From sequence record DRR378314_995: DNA of 43,958 nt. The stretch is one strand, 5' to 3'. The notes beneath the pieces are model-generated. The model did no database searches, had not been told where the DNA came from, and worked only from the letters and a program-made list of their open reading frames with translations. Of this stretch, positions 28,945 through 39,495 are shown piece after piece (the first letter of the stretch is position 1; each line of letters begins with the position of its first letter). Position numbers and translations under genes: made by a program.

Positions 28945-30030
28945 GTGACGATACGACTGCTTTTAATCGGCGGCGGACACGCGCACATAATGGCTTTGCG
29001 CTCGCTCACGAAGCGTCGCTATCCTCCGGCGTCTATCACATTGATCGATCCCGATACGTCGTCTGTCTATAGCGGCATGGTGCCGGGGTTTGTTGCCGGC
29101 CATTTCAAACAAAATGAAATCGAAGTGGATCTAAAGCGCTTATGCTCCAATGCTGGCGTCCAATTTCTACAAGATGAAATCTGTGCTCTGAATTTAAAGC
29201 GGAAGCAGTTCGAAGGACGTTCAGGAGCGGCCTACGACTTCGATGTTACTTCGATTAATATTGGCGTCACATCAATTCCACCAGATACATGTGCTTCGCC
29301 AAGTTCCACAACAGTGAAGCCTATGCGCAAATTTGTGGACCAATGGCTGGAAATAAGACACGACCTATCCAAAGGAATGGCTATAATTGGTGGTGGATTG
29401 GGCGGTGTAGAGCTTTGTCTTGCAATACGACATTACGCACGCACTTCCGGCATTCCTGACGATGTACCAATTACTGTCATCGATCGTTCTGAGATTTTGG
29501 GGTCTGCAGCCTCCAGTTTGAAAAAATCGCTGGCGCGGAAACTATCCGAATTCCGCATTGGTGTTCATGAAAACACGTCCGCTCACGTAATTACACCAAA
29601 TGGAGTGCGTGTTAGTTCCGGCGAAACAGTAAAGGCTGGCCAAATAGTTTGGGCGACTGGCGCGCACGCTGCAAACTGGCTCGAAGAGTCAGGCCTTGCG
29701 ACCGACAATGGGTTTCCGATGGTCTTGCCTACATTGCAGTCGGTCTCACATGAAAGCGTATTCCTCGCAGGCGACACGGCTCATTTTATGGGCGAAAGCA
29801 TTCCCAAGGCAGGCGTATACGCAGTTCGACAAGGCCAACTTCTGATGAGCAATCTGATCGCATATATGTCCGGTAACTCGCTGCGTAGCTTCCAACCACA
29901 AACGGACTATCTCAAGCTTGTCAGCCTGGGTGGAAAGTCAGCGATCGCAGAAAAATGGGGGCACACACTACAGGCTCCTGGTCTGTGGAGCCTGAAGAAA
30001 CTCATCGATCAATCATTTGTACGAGGCTGA
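28945..30030 (+). CDS. FAD-dependent pyridine nucleotide-disulfide oxidoreductase (SelD N-terminal-domain-like)
   Basis: LIGGGHAH, YSGMVPG, IIGGGLGGVEL, WATG, AGD, PKAGVYAVRQG, PQ..YLKL, W.LK..ID..F; GTG start. Confidence 0.85.
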   Translation: MTIRLLLIGGGHAHIMALRSLTKRRYPPASITLIDPDTSSVYSGMVPGFVAGHFKQNEIEVDLKRLCSNAGVQFLQDEICALNLKRKQFEGRSGAAYDFDVTSINIGVTSIPPDTCASPSSTTVKPMRKFVDQWLEIRHDLSKGMAIIGGGLGGVELCLAIRHYARTSGIPDDVPITVIDRSEILGSAASSLKKSLARKLSEFRIGVHENTSAHVITPNGVRVSSGETVKAGQIVWATGAHAANWLEESGLATDNGFPMVLPTLQSVSHESVFLAGDTAHFMGESIPKAGVYAVRQGQLLMSNLIAYMSGNSLRSFQPQTDYLKLVSLGGKSAIAEKWGHTLQAPGLWSLKKLIDQSFVRG

Positions 30031-30041
30031 TTTGATATCGC

Positions 30042-31208
30042 TTAGGAACGTCGCAAATGGGCTTCTTTAAGGATAACACTCGCCGCAATTTCACTCGCGT
30101 CTCGTTCGCCCTCTTTCATTTTTTCCAGCGCCACCCGCTGACGAGCCAACTGTGAAGCTAGCAACTTCGGATCACGCAACCATTGCTGCGCCAAAGATGC
30201 GATCAGCTCTGGCTTCTGCCGCGTTTGAACAAACTCTGGAATAATCTCCTGATCATCGCTCACAATATTGAGAAGCGAGATGTGGGTCTTTTTGTAGAGC
30301 AATCCCCGGGCTAACGCCCATGTGATCCAGCCTGTACGATACGCAACGATCATTGGTGTATCCTGCATAGCCAGTTCGGTCGTCACCGTCCCGGAACATG
30401 CGAGCGCCAAGTCCGCTGCCGCCATCGCATCGTATCGCGATTCAGCATCGTCAGATATTAGAGCCCAATCTCCGACATCGGAGTAAGAAGACTTGAAGTG
30501 CTTGGACACGTTCTCTGACGGCATAAAGACAAGCGATAATTCTGTATTATCACGCTTCAATTGCTGTGCAGCATTCACAAGTGCTGGCGCCACTCTCTTA
30601 ATTTCACTCGGTCGACTGCCCGGCAACACAAGAACAAGTTGGCGATCCCCAGGAATGCCGTTAGCTTCCCGAAACCTCCGACCGTTTCCCTTCACGTGTC
30701 GAGAAATTGCGGGATTGCCTATGACCGTCGTCTTCAGGCCAAAAGGCTCGTAAAAAGGAACTTCCAGATCGTGGATGCACAGAAGGTGATCAACAGTAGA
30801 CGCAAGTGTCTTTGCCCGCCCTGACCGCGTTGCCCAAACTTGCGGCCCTACCAGTTTAACAAGGCGAATATCTGGAGCTTGCGCGCGAACTCTCTGAGCG
30901 ACCCGCAGCATAAATCCCCAAGAGTCGACTAAAACAACAACGTCAGGAGTATCCTTTATGATCTCGGCCGCGGCCTCATCCGCTAGTCGAACAACATCAC
31001 CATAGGCCTTGATGCCCTCAAAAAAGCCGAGGATCGATAACGGAGACACGTCGACCGGTGAGTCAATCCCCACGCTCTTGAGTTCTCGTCCACCAATTCC
31101 GGAAATGTGCGCCTCTGGACTATCTAGGCGAATTTTCTGTACGACTTCCTTGGCAAGAAGGTCGCCAGACGCTTCTGCGGCAACCATGTAGATGCGGGGC
31201 TTGCTCAC
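30042..31208 (-). CDS. lpxB: Lipid-A-disaccharide synthase
   Basis: AEASGDLL, PQVWA, LPGSRPSE, SGTVTTE, PEFVQ; last gene of lpx cluster. Confidence 0.93.
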   Translation of the reverse strand: MSKPRIYMVAAEASGDLLAKEVVQKIRLDSPEAHISGIGGRELKSVGIDSPVDVSPLSILGFFEGIKAYGDVVRLADEAAAEIIKDTPDVVVLVDSWGFMLRVAQRVRAQAPDIRLVKLVGPQVWATRSGRAKTLASTVDHLLCIHDLEVPFYEPFGLKTTVIGNPAISRHVKGNGRRFREANGIPGDRQLVLVLPGSRPSEIKRVAPALVNAAQQLKRDNTELSLVFMPSENVSKHFKSSYSDVGDWALISDDAESRYDAMAAADLALACSGTVTTELAMQDTPMIVAYRTGWITWALARGLLYKKTHISLLNIVSDDQEIIPEFVQTRQKPELIASLAQQWLRDPKLLASQLARQRVALEKMKEGERDASEIAASVILKEAHLRRS

Positions 31209-32047
31209 GCTTCATCCTCTGGAGCAAAGCCATAAATGAAGACCCCAAGCTCTTCGGCCCGCTCAACCATTCTCCGGCGATCGAGCAACAGCGCACCGCC
31301 AGCTTCAACTGCCAATCCCGCAAGCCCCGCTGCGGCCACTTTTTCTACCGTCGAGACGCCAGTGGTTGGCAGATCAATTCTCAATTCCTGCCCCGGCTTT
31401 GGACGCTTTACCAATACGCCCTTTCGCGCGAACTCTGTGCCCCGGATCTCTTCCGGCAAGGTTCGACACCGCTCAAGCATAGAGTCGGTTCCCTCCTGCG
31501 CCTCAACTGCCAAGACCAAGCCCTCACAAACGACTGCCCCTTGGCCGATATCAAGCGCGCCGGTTGCCGATGCCACACGCGCTCCATGCAGAATATCTTC
31601 CATATGTTCTGAGGTTGGCTTTGCACCAGCAATTACACCTTCCGGAGCAAGCAGCTTGGCATGAACTTCGTGGCTACCCAGAACCTTAAAACCCTGTTTT
31701 TCGAATTCGCGCACCAACACGCGCAGCAAAGCATCGTCGCCCTTTTTCGCGGCTGAGAGAACCTTCGGCAAAAGGGTGACGCCTTTAACATCAAGCTTGA
31801 GATTGCCAAAATCCGGCCGCTTAACAATTCCCGCAAAGACTACTTCTTCACATCCTGCAGACTTCAGTTTTTTGAGAATTCCACCAACTTCTCCAATTCC
31901 CACGAGATCTCCAGGAAACTTTGCAAGTCCAGGGTCGTCGAAACCTTTCAGTCGGAGAACGTACGCACCCTGCCCGCTCTCGACTGCATGCTCCGCAATA
32001 GCAACTGGGAGATCTCCAAGTCCAGCGATGATACCAAGTGGCGCCAT
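31205..32047 (-). CDS. lpxI: UDP-2,3-diacylglucosamine diphosphatase LpxI
   Basis: LGIIAG.G.LP, GDDALL, LDIGQG, AVEAQEGTD, DLPT.G; between lpxA and lpxB. Confidence 0.92.
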   Translation of the reverse strand: MAPLGIIAGLGDLPVAIAEHAVESGQGAYVLRLKGFDDPGLAKFPGDLVGIGEVGGILKKLKSAGCEEVVFAGIVKRPDFGNLKLDVKGVTLLPKVLSAAKKGDDALLRVLVREFEKQGFKVLGSHEVHAKLLAPEGVIAGAKPTSEHMEDILHGARVASATGALDIGQGAVVCEGLVLAVEAQEGTDSMLERCRTLPEEIRGTEFARKGVLVKRPKPGQELRIDLPTTGVSTVEKVAAAGLAGLAVEAGGALLLDRRRMVERAEELGVFIYGFAPEDEA

Positions 32048-32053
32048 GTGCTT

Positions 32054-32842
32054 TTAGCCCGGTTTGCAAATTGGGCGCTCACTTTCGCGGATGAAAGCGA
32101 TGATTTCCATGGCGAGCTCGTTTTTCGCGAAGTCTTTTTCGGCTTGCTCCAATCGATCCTTGAACAAACCTTCGCCAAGGAAGATGGCCTTATACGCTGC
32201 GCGAATACCCTGAATTTGCGCTTTGGAAAAACCACGACGTTTCAAACCGACCATGTTGAGGCCAGAAAGTTTAGCGTGGTTACCAACGACTGATCCGAAT
32301 GGGATGACGTCTTCTACCACGATTGCGCCGCCCCCGATAAAGGCGTTGCGCCCGATCCTCGAAAATTGATGCACTGCGGCCAAACCACCAAACCAAACAT
32401 TATCTCCAACGGTAATATGCCCTGCCAGGGAAACGTTGTTTGCCATGACCACATTGTTGCCAATCTGATTATCATGCGCCACATGGGCGCCGATCATTAT
32501 GAAACAATTGTCGCCAATCGTCGTCAGCCCTCCGAATTTGGGCATTCCGGAATGCGCAGTTGCGTATTCACGGAAGACGCAATTGCTGCCGACAACCAGT
32601 CTGGACTCCGGGGTCTCTTCAAATCCGATAACTTGCGGCAGGCCACCGATGACAGCGTGTGGATGCAGTACGCAGCCTGCTCCCACCTCGGTGTGACCAG
32701 TAACGACCGAATGAGATTTAAGAACAACGCCAGAGCCTAGCGTTACGTGGGGTCCAACGTGGCAGAATGGTCCGATCTGGACTCCGTCGCCCAGGATGGC
32801 TCCATCCTCTACATAAGCCGTCGAATGAATGTGTGCGGACAT
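32054..32842 (-). CDS. lpxA: Acyl-ACP--UDP-N-acetylglucosamine O-acyltransferase
   Basis: Hexapeptide repeats, HVAHD, LAGH, VHQF.RIG, GLN.VGLKRRGF. Confidence 0.95.
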   Translation of the reverse strand: MSAHIHSTAYVEDGAILGDGVQIGPFCHVGPHVTLGSGVVLKSHSVVTGHTEVGAGCVLHPHAVIGGLPQVIGFEETPESRLVVGSNCVFREYATAHSGMPKFGGLTTIGDNCFIMIGAHVAHDNQIGNNVVMANNVSLAGHITVGDNVWFGGLAAVHQFSRIGRNAFIGGGAIVVEDVIPFGSVVGNHAKLSGLNMVGLKRRGFSKAQIQGIRAAYKAIFLGEGLFKDRLEQAEKDFAKNELAMEIIAFIRESERPICKPG

Positions 32843-32878
32843 GTTATCCCAAACGAGTTGAAACGGCCAGAATGCCGT

Positions 32879-33895
32879 CTAACCCTTTTTCTTCGGATTT
32901 GAGTTTTTCTGCAACCATGCCACTTCCCGCATCCACTGACGGATCGGTTTGGCCGGTGTTCCTCCCCACGTCTGACCGTCCTCTACGTCTCGGAAGAGAC
33001 CAGCAGATGCGGCGAGCGACACCCCCTCACCCACCACGACATGATCAGCAATCCCAACGCGCCCACCGAGCATCGAGCCATCACCCACTTTCACGGAACC
33101 GGAAATTCCGCCAAAGGCCGCAACAAGAACTGAACGCCCGAGAACCACATTATGTGCTATTTGGCAGAGATTATCGATACGAGTCCGCTCTCCAACGATC
33201 GTGTCATCGAAGGCGCCGCGATCGATGCATGAGTTCGCGCCAACGGTGACGTGATCCTGCAAGATAACGCGCCCGTAGTGGGGCGCATCTTCTGGACCAT
33301 TTGGGCCAGGCATTACCCCGAAACCAGCTTCACCAATGCGCACGCCAGCAAGCAACTTAACATGATCACCAATCAGAGCGCATTGGATGCTAGAACCCGG
33401 ACCGATCTGGCAATTCCGGCCTATTTGAACACCAGGCCCAATGACGGCATTCGCGCCAATGAAAGTCCCCGCTCCGATGACTGCACCGGGTGCCACCACA
33501 ACGCCGGGGGCTAGTTTTGCAGACTCATCAATAACGGAATCAGGTGAAACCAACTCCTCACCGCCCCAGTCCAGCTGTCGGGCCCGGAATAGAATTCCGG
33601 CAGCCACACTGTGAACGTGCCGTGGGAAGGCAGACACCAAAAAAGGTATGCCATCCGGCACATTTGTTCGGTTTGCTTCATTTACGACTAGTGCGGAGAT
33701 ATCGGAGTTGATCGAACCAGTCGACTTTCCATCTCCATCGAGAAACCCGAGATCTCCCCGCCGGCCGTTCTCGGCGGAGGAGATCCCGGTTATCTCCAAA
33801 TCCTCTTTGCCGCTTAACGCCGAACCAGTTTTGATAGCCAGTTCACCGAGCGACAAAGCACCTACAGGCGCATAAAAACGTACGTCTACAGGCAC
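32879..33895 (-). CDS. lpxD: UDP-3-O-(3-hydroxyacyl)glucosamine N-acyltransferase
   Basis: Hexapeptide repeats, [40 protein letters not shown] start. Confidence 0.95.
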   Translation of the reverse strand: MPVDVRFYAPVGALSLGELAIKTGSALSGKEDLEITGISSAENGRRGDLGFLDGDGKSTGSINSDISALVVNEANRTNVPDGIPFLVSAFPRHVHSVAAGILFRARQLDWGGEELVSPDSVIDESAKLAPGVVVAPGAVIGAGTFIGANAVIGPGVQIGRNCQIGPGSSIQCALIGDHVKLLAGVRIGEAGFGVMPGPNGPEDAPHYGRVILQDHVTVGANSCIDRGAFDDTIVGERTRIDNLCQIAHNVVLGRSVLVAAFGGISGSVKVGDGSMLGGRVGIADHVVVGEGVSLAASAGLFRDVEDGQTWGGTPAKPIRQWMREVAWLQKNSNPKKKG

Positions 33896-33909
33896 GGGGA
33901 CACTCTCAA

Positions 33910-34500
33910 TTATTGAGCGGGTTGCTCAGGAATACGCTTGCGAACAACTGAAATGGTAGGCGTTGCAGCGTCGAGCTTGCTGATAACGAGTGCTGTCGCG
34001 TCTACTGCATCCACACCGTAGATGACCGAGCTTTTTGAAAGGACGATTTGAGCGTTCTTTTCGCTGACGACCTGCAAGAGAACCGGTTCAAGCGCTTTGT
34101 TAAAGTCCACCAGCGCCTGACGCTCAGTTAGAGCAAGTTCGTTCGAAGCTTTCTGACGAGATTTTGCGAAATCGCTCGCCTTCTTCTCATAAGTGTTCAA
34201 CTTCGTAACAAGAGCAGCATCGCCTGCAATTTGCTCTCGAGTCTTGCCTTGAAGCTCGGCGTTGATCGACTGGCCCTCTGTTTCAAGAGACGTCTTTGTC
34301 GGAGAAAGCTCCGTGTTGATCTGATTTTCGATGTTCTTGAGTTTTGCCTGAATATCCTGACCAGCTTTGCTGTCACGGAGAATCTTAGCTTCATCAATGG
34401 TGATTACGGTGGTTCCCTGCGCCATAGCGGCAGGTGAGATAAAACCAATTGCTGCGACTGACATCGCAATTGCGAGGAAGAAATTCTTGATGCGGGACAT
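33910..34500 (-). CDS. skp: OmpH/Skp family periplasmic chaperone
   Basis: Signal peptide (AMA-Q), [11 protein letters not shown], coiled-coil body, D.T..VI.KLD; AGGAG RBS; between bamA and lpxD. Confidence 0.85.
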   Translation of the reverse strand: MSRIKNFFLAIAMSVAAIGFISPAAMAQGTTVITIDEAKILRDSKAGQDIQAKLKNIENQINTELSPTKTSLETEGQSINAELQGKTREQIAGDAALVTKLNTYEKKASDFAKSRQKASNELALTERQALVDFNKALEPVLLQVVSEKNAQIVLSKSSVIYGVDAVDATALVISKLDAATPTISVVRKRIPEQPAQ

Positions 34501-34528
34501 TCTAGTCTCCTGTCTTTCGGCTTGGAAT

Positions 34529-37084
34529 TTAGAATCTTGTTGATGTTGAGAACCGGAACGTTTCAGTCCGGTCATAATCTTCACGCCTGAGGATCTGCGA
34601 GAAGTCGAAGCGAATTGGCCCAAATGGCGAGTCCCAGAAAACACTCAATCCGGCAGATGCCCTGAGCGACGCGGCGGTTTTCGTCAGACGTACTGCAGGC
34701 AGCCCAGTTGTTGTGTCGGTAAAGTAAATGGTTGGCCCCACATCCGGACCGCGCAGCGATCCCAATGCACCCGCCTCAGCGAACAGCGCGCTCCGAATGC
34801 CATATTCTTCCGGCAGGAAGTTGGGCAAACTCAATTCCGCTGTGCCTTGATAATAGACGTTGCCCCCTTGCGAATTCAGGCGCCGCGTTTGAACAACTTC
34901 GCCCGTCTCAGGATCCACAACCCTGACAATCTCGCGAGGTCCAATACCAGCAACATCGAATCCACGGAACGTGCTGCCACCCCGGAAGAAGCGATTGTTG
35001 ATCCGAACGCCTTGATTGTCTTCCAATGGGAAAACGTATCCGCCTGAGAGGCGAACACTCGCGATCATATCGCGCCAAATACCCCGATATGCCGTGGCGC
35101 TTGATTCCGTTCGCAAATATTTAACATCGCCGCCTAGACCGGCCAAATCCTGACTGAAGCGGAAGTCAAAACCACGAGATGGGCGGATAGGATCATTCGT
35201 TCGATCCCAGAAGAAGTTGTACCCGATGATACTAGAGATATCGCTTCGCTCTGCACGACAAATCGGATCTCTCAGAACATAGTCGCGAGAGCACTGGTCC
35301 ACGACGCGTTGTCCCGCACCAGCATCGCCTTCTTCGACCAAGCGGTACCGGTCATCAGAAATATCGTCCGGCGTATCCTGCCCGGCGGTCTGAATTCGAT
35401 CTGTGATAAAGAAGCCGTTCTCATCGATAATATAATTGCGGTCGAGTACGTTCACTTCATCCGCCTGCAGACGGTAGCTCAAGCCAAGCTGCATTCGCTC
35501 CGTCAGAGGGAAGCCCAAACGCACGCCCGCGCCAATCGTTTCGCTGCTGAAACCAGAATAGTCTTCGTAATCCTGGCGCGTCGCAAATGCATCAATACCG
35601 CCCGAAAGGTTTCGATCGAACAATCGCGGCTCTGTAAACCGGAAATCCAGGATCTGTTGCCGACTCGAAGCAGAAACACGTGCGACCACAGACTGCCCGC
35701 GACCACGCAAATTTCGTTGGGACGCGCTGACGTCCAGCAGGTACGCATCAACGGATGAAAACCCGGCCGCGAACGACAATTCGCCAGTCGGCTGTTCCTC
35801 AACCTTGATATCAACAATGGTTCTATCGGGCTGATCGGAAGGCGTCTCAATGACCTCGACTTCCTTGAAGTAACCAAGCGCCCGCACGCGGTTCTTTGAA
35901 CGGTCGAGCAAAATACGGTTGAACGCGTCACCTTCTGCGATTCGAAGTTCCCGCCGAATGACCCGGTCCAGAGTTTGCGTATTTCCGACAATATTGATGC
36001 GATCAATATAGACGCGAGGCCCCTCGTCGACAGCAAAGGTCACGTCAATCAGGCCGGTTTCCGGGTTCACATCAATCTGAGGACGGATGTCAACGAAAGC
36101 GTATCCCGCAATACCCGCCGCATAAGTCAGCGCATCGATCGTATCTTCAATTGAATCTCCCCGGAATAGAGAGTCAGTCTGGATCGGAACAGCGCGGCGC
36201 AACGCATTGGCGTCAAGCTTTTCAAGCGCCGTTTCGACCTTCACTTCGCCGAAGTAATACTGACGCCCCTCGTCCACCGTCATGGTGATGTAGAAGTCTT
36301 TCTGGTCGGGCGTCAGCTCCGCGACAGCAGACGTTACGCGGAAATCGTAATAGCCATTGTTCTGGTAGAATTGGCGAAGAAGATCCCGGTCGTATTCAAG
36401 GCGCCCTGGATCGTAATTGTCGTTCGAGCTGAAGAAACGCCAAAGGCGCGACTGACGTGTGACGATCTCGCTGCGCAGGCGCGAGTCCGAATATGCCTCG
36501 TTCCCGATGAAGTTGATCGCTCGAACGCCGGTGACCGGGCCTTCTGTAATCTCGAAGATCAGATCAACCCGGTTCTGCTCAAGCGGCTTGTACTGCGGCT
36601 CGACCTTGGCAGCAAAACGACCTGATTGGCGATAAAGCTCCAAAATGCGCTGAACATCTGATTGGACACGAGCCGCGGTAAAAATACCGCGCGGCGCAGC
36701 TTGGATATCTTCTCGAAGTTTATCGTCGTCAAGCGCGCTGTTGCCCTCAAACACCACACGGTTGATGATCGGGTTTTCCACCACGCGCACGACGAGATTG
36801 TCATCTACCCGGTCAATTGAAACGTCCGCGAACAGGTTTGTTGCAAACAGCGTCTTAAGGGAAAGATCGATACGGTCAGGGTCAAATGCGTCGCCCGGTT
36901 CCACCAGCAGATAAGACTGTACCGTTCTCGCTTCGATTCGCTGATTGCCCTCAACGATGATCGATCGGATCGTGCCGCCATATCGACTATCTTCCTGAGC
37001 ATCAGCAGTTCCCATGGGAACCAGAGCCGTGTTCACAGCCAGAACACTGCTCGCCATCATGGTTGCTGCAAGGAACTTACGCAT
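34529..37084 (-). CDS. bamA: Outer membrane protein assembly factor BamA
   Basis: Signal peptide, five POTRA-like repeats, barrel start PTGELSF, FRGF loop-6 motif, WDSPFGPIRFD, terminal Phe. Confidence 0.97.
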   Translation of the reverse strand: MRKFLAATMMASSVLAVNTALVPMGTADAQEDSRYGGTIRSIIVEGNQRIEARTVQSYLLVEPGDAFDPDRIDLSLKTLFATNLFADVSIDRVDDNLVVRVVENPIINRVVFEGNSALDDDKLREDIQAAPRGIFTAARVQSDVQRILELYRQSGRFAAKVEPQYKPLEQNRVDLIFEITEGPVTGVRAINFIGNEAYSDSRLRSEIVTRQSRLWRFFSSNDNYDPGRLEYDRDLLRQFYQNNGYYDFRVTSAVAELTPDQKDFYITMTVDEGRQYYFGEVKVETALEKLDANALRRAVPIQTDSLFRGDSIEDTIDALTYAAGIAGYAFVDIRPQIDVNPETGLIDVTFAVDEGPRVYIDRINIVGNTQTLDRVIRRELRIAEGDAFNRILLDRSKNRVRALGYFKEVEVIETPSDQPDRTIVDIKVEEQPTGELSFAAGFSSVDAYLLDVSASQRNLRGRGQSVVARVSASSRQQILDFRFTEPRLFDRNLSGGIDAFATRQDYEDYSGFSSETIGAGVRLGFPLTERMQLGLSYRLQADEVNVLDRNYIIDENGFFITDRIQTAGQDTPDDISDDRYRLVEEGDAGAGQRVVDQCSRDYVLRDPICRAERSDISSIIGYNFFWDRTNDPIRPSRGFDFRFSQDLAGLGGDVKYLRTESSATAYRGIWRDMIASVRLSGGYVFPLEDNQGVRINNRFFRGGSTFRGFDVAGIGPREIVRVVDPETGEVVQTRRLNSQGGNVYYQGTAELSLPNFLPEEYGIRSALFAEAGALGSLRGPDVGPTIYFTDTTTGLPAVRLTKTAASLRASAGLSVFWDSPFGPIRFDFSQILRREDYDRTETFRFSTSTRF

Positions 37085-37120
37085 CGTCGATATACTCTCT
37101 GGTTAATTTCGGCGGGCGGG

Positions 37121-38299
37121 TCAGCCGCCTCTTGTTCCGAACAAGCCGGCTTCGATGAGGTCACCCCAAGTGATCACAACGACCATCCCCAATAACAGGA
37201 TCAATCCGAATGTCAGGGCCATTTCCTGCACTTTCTGCGGCATTTCCTTGCCTGCAATCGCTTCATAGGCGTTAAAAACAAGATGTCCACCATCGAGAAC
37301 TGGCAGTGGAAGCAGGTTGAAAAAGCCAACTCCGACTGAAATTGCGGCGCAGATACTGGCTAACATCCAAAATAGCTGCTCTATCTTCTGACCGGTTGAA
37401 ACCTGCTCCTGTCCCCAAACACGGTTAACAGCGCGTCGCGATATGTCGCCAATGCCAACTGGACCTGTCATGGCGTGCATGGACATCTTACCCGTCACGA
37501 TACGGGTCAACATCGTAATGGTTCTATCTATTGTGGCACCCGTTTCGATCACTCCCTGACCCAGCGCCTGTACGGGATTGTAGGTGATGTGTTCTCCATA
37601 GGACACAGGCGCAATAGCCACTCCGATCGTCGCCTGCGGCACTTTCTGGCCAAAATCATTCTCTCGAATGACTTCTTCGGGGGTGATAGTCAGCAACTCT
37701 TCCGAATCATCGCGCTGCACCCGAAAGTTCATCGCCTCATTTGGGTTGAGAACAATCTGAATCAGAACGTCTGATGAATTGCTGATTTCCTTACCGTTTA
37801 CCGCGAGAATCACGTCCCCAGCCTGCATACCGCCCGCAGCGGCCGCACCTGTTGGGCTTACATCTGCCACGCCTACTTTCATGTTTGGCCGGCCATGAGC
37901 GCCCAAAATCAATGCAAATATCAGCGTCGACAGCACAAAATTGGCGAATGGCCCAGCAAGGCTGACAAGCGACCGCTGCCCTACCCCCAATTCCGGGTAC
38001 GCTTTGCCCACGGGCCCTGTCTCTAACTTGCCAACGTCTCCGGCCAATTGGCTTTCACCGACAAATTTCACAAAGCCCCCGAGCGGAATCCAATTCACGC
38101 GCCAACGCGTGCCATATTTGTCCTTCCGTTCAAACATGGGCTTACCGAAGCCAACGGAGAACGATTCCACCGCCGCACCAAACCAACGGCCAACAAGATA
38201 GTGGCCGAGTTCGTGTACGATTACCACGATGCCCATCATGAAGATGAGGCACACAAGAAACAGTGGTCCCTGGCTGATCACATCACCCAAAGCGTTCAT
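37121..38299 (-). CDS. rseP: Regulator of sigma-E protease (M50 site-2 protease with PDZ)
   Basis: HELGH, FSVGFG, PLGGFV, AGP.AN, PDZ, NLLPLPVLDGG. Confidence 0.95.
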   Translation of the reverse strand: MNALGDVISQGPLFLVCLIFMMGIVVIVHELGHYLVGRWFGAAVESFSVGFGKPMFERKDKYGTRWRVNWIPLGGFVKFVGESQLAGDVGKLETGPVGKAYPELGVGQRSLVSLAGPFANFVLSTLIFALILGAHGRPNMKVGVADVSPTGAAAAGGMQAGDVILAVNGKEISNSSDVLIQIVLNPNEAMNFRVQRDDSEELLTITPEEVIRENDFGQKVPQATIGVAIAPVSYGEHITYNPVQALGQGVIETGATIDRTITMLTRIVTGKMSMHAMTGPVGIGDISRRAVNRVWGQEQVSTGQKIEQLFWMLASICAAISVGVGFFNLLPLPVLDGGHLVFNAYEAIAGKEMPQKVQEMALTFGLILLLGMVVVITWGDLIEAGLFGTRGG

Positions 38300-39495
38300 C
38301 CTCCCATGCGACGCAGGTCACTCCCCAGAATGTCCCGCGTCATTTCACGCGTCATGCGATCAAGAAACGCTATCTCTTCAAGCGTCTCGCACGCAATCCC
38401 TTGCATGCTTCCTTCCAAATACCGGCTTAGCGCCTGTTCCACGAGCCAGCTTATGTCCAGAAACCCGCATTGACCCGCGATAAAAGCAGAAACGGCGACT
38501 TCATTAGCACAATTTAATACCGTGGTAGCCGCTGCGCCGTGCTGATAGGCGCGCCGAGCCAACCTGATTGCCGGGAATCGGTCTTCATCTACCGACTCAA
38601 AATCAAGAGAACCCAACTTGGCCAAATCGAGCCTGTCGACGTTTGTGGCAGTCCTGTCCGGCCAAGCAAGCGCGTATGATATCGGCGTTTTCATATCCGG
38701 TGCGCCCAATTGCGCGATCACGGAACCGTCAGAAAAATGGGCCATTCCATGAATAATGGACTGAGGGTGAACCAACACGTCCAATTGATCTTCTCCCACG
38801 TCGAACAGGAAACCTGCCTCGATAAACTCCAGCGCTTTGTTCATGAGTGTGGCGCTATCAATCGAGTTCTTGACGCCCATACTCCAGTTCGGGTGAGCCG
38901 CGGCTTGTTGAGGTGACGCGCTGCGCATCTCTTCGAGGCTAGCCTTTCTAAACGGCCCCCCTGAAGCTGTAATGGTCATTTTCTCTAGCGAACGACCGTC
39001 ACCAATGCATTGAAAAATGGCGGAATGTTCGGAATCCACCGGCAAGACCTTCACGCCCCGTCGAGCGGCCTCCCTCAGGATCAATTTGCCCCCGCATACG
39101 ACGCTCTCTTTATTGGCAATCGCAACATCATTGCCCGCGCGCACAGCGGCTATGGTGGATTCAAGGCCGGCGGACCCGACAATCGCTGCAAGCAAACGGT
39201 CCACGGGACGGCTGGCGGCTTCAACAACAGCGCTTAATCCCGCATCGACGGTGACGTTTGTGCCGGCCAGTCGACTTCGAAGCTCATCAATCTTGGTTTC
39301 ATCCGCAATGACGGCGACATCCGCATCAAATTCGCGAGCCTGCGCCGCCAACCCTTCAGCGTCACTCCCGGCAGCCAAGGCCACAATCTTGAACTTCTGA
39401 TCGCCACACGCATTGGCATGTCGTACCACATCCAATGCTGATTTTCCGATCGACCCCGTCGACCCCATTATGCTGATGTGATGCGGCCGCGTCAT
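38296..39495 (-). CDS. dxr: 1-deoxy-D-xylulose-5-phosphate reductoisomerase
   Basis: GSTGSIG, ANKES, PVDSEHSAIFQ, TASGGPF, HPNWSMG, DSATLMNK, ANEVAV. Confidence 0.97.
   Translation of the reverse strand: MTRPHHISIMGSTGSIGKSALDVVRHANACGDQKFKIVALAAGSDAEGLAAQAREFDADVAVIADETKIDELRSRLAGTNVTVDAGLSAVVEAASRPVDRLLAAIVGSAGLESTIAAVRAGNDVAIANKESVVCGGKLILREAARRGVKVLPVDSEHSAIFQCIGDGRSLEKMTITASGGPFRKASLEEMRSASPQQAAAHPNWSMGVKNSIDSATLMNKALEFIEAGFLFDVGEDQLDVLVHPQSIIHGMAHFSDGSVIAQLGAPDMKTPISYALAWPDRTATNVDRLDLAKLGSLDFESVDEDRFPAIRLARRAYQHGAAATTVLNCANEVAVSAFIAGQCGFLDISWLVEQALSRYLEGSMQGIACETLEEIAFLDRMTREMTRDILGSDLRRMGG

Noticed and set aside
30028..30045. Selenocysteine read-through of the TGA ending the SelD-N-like flavoprotein
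   Set aside because: An in-frame TAG follows after four codons, there is no SECIS-like hairpin or SelD domain, and lpxB occupies the opposite strand.
31205..32047. LpxI in place of LpxH
   Set aside because: Standard for alphaproteobacteria.
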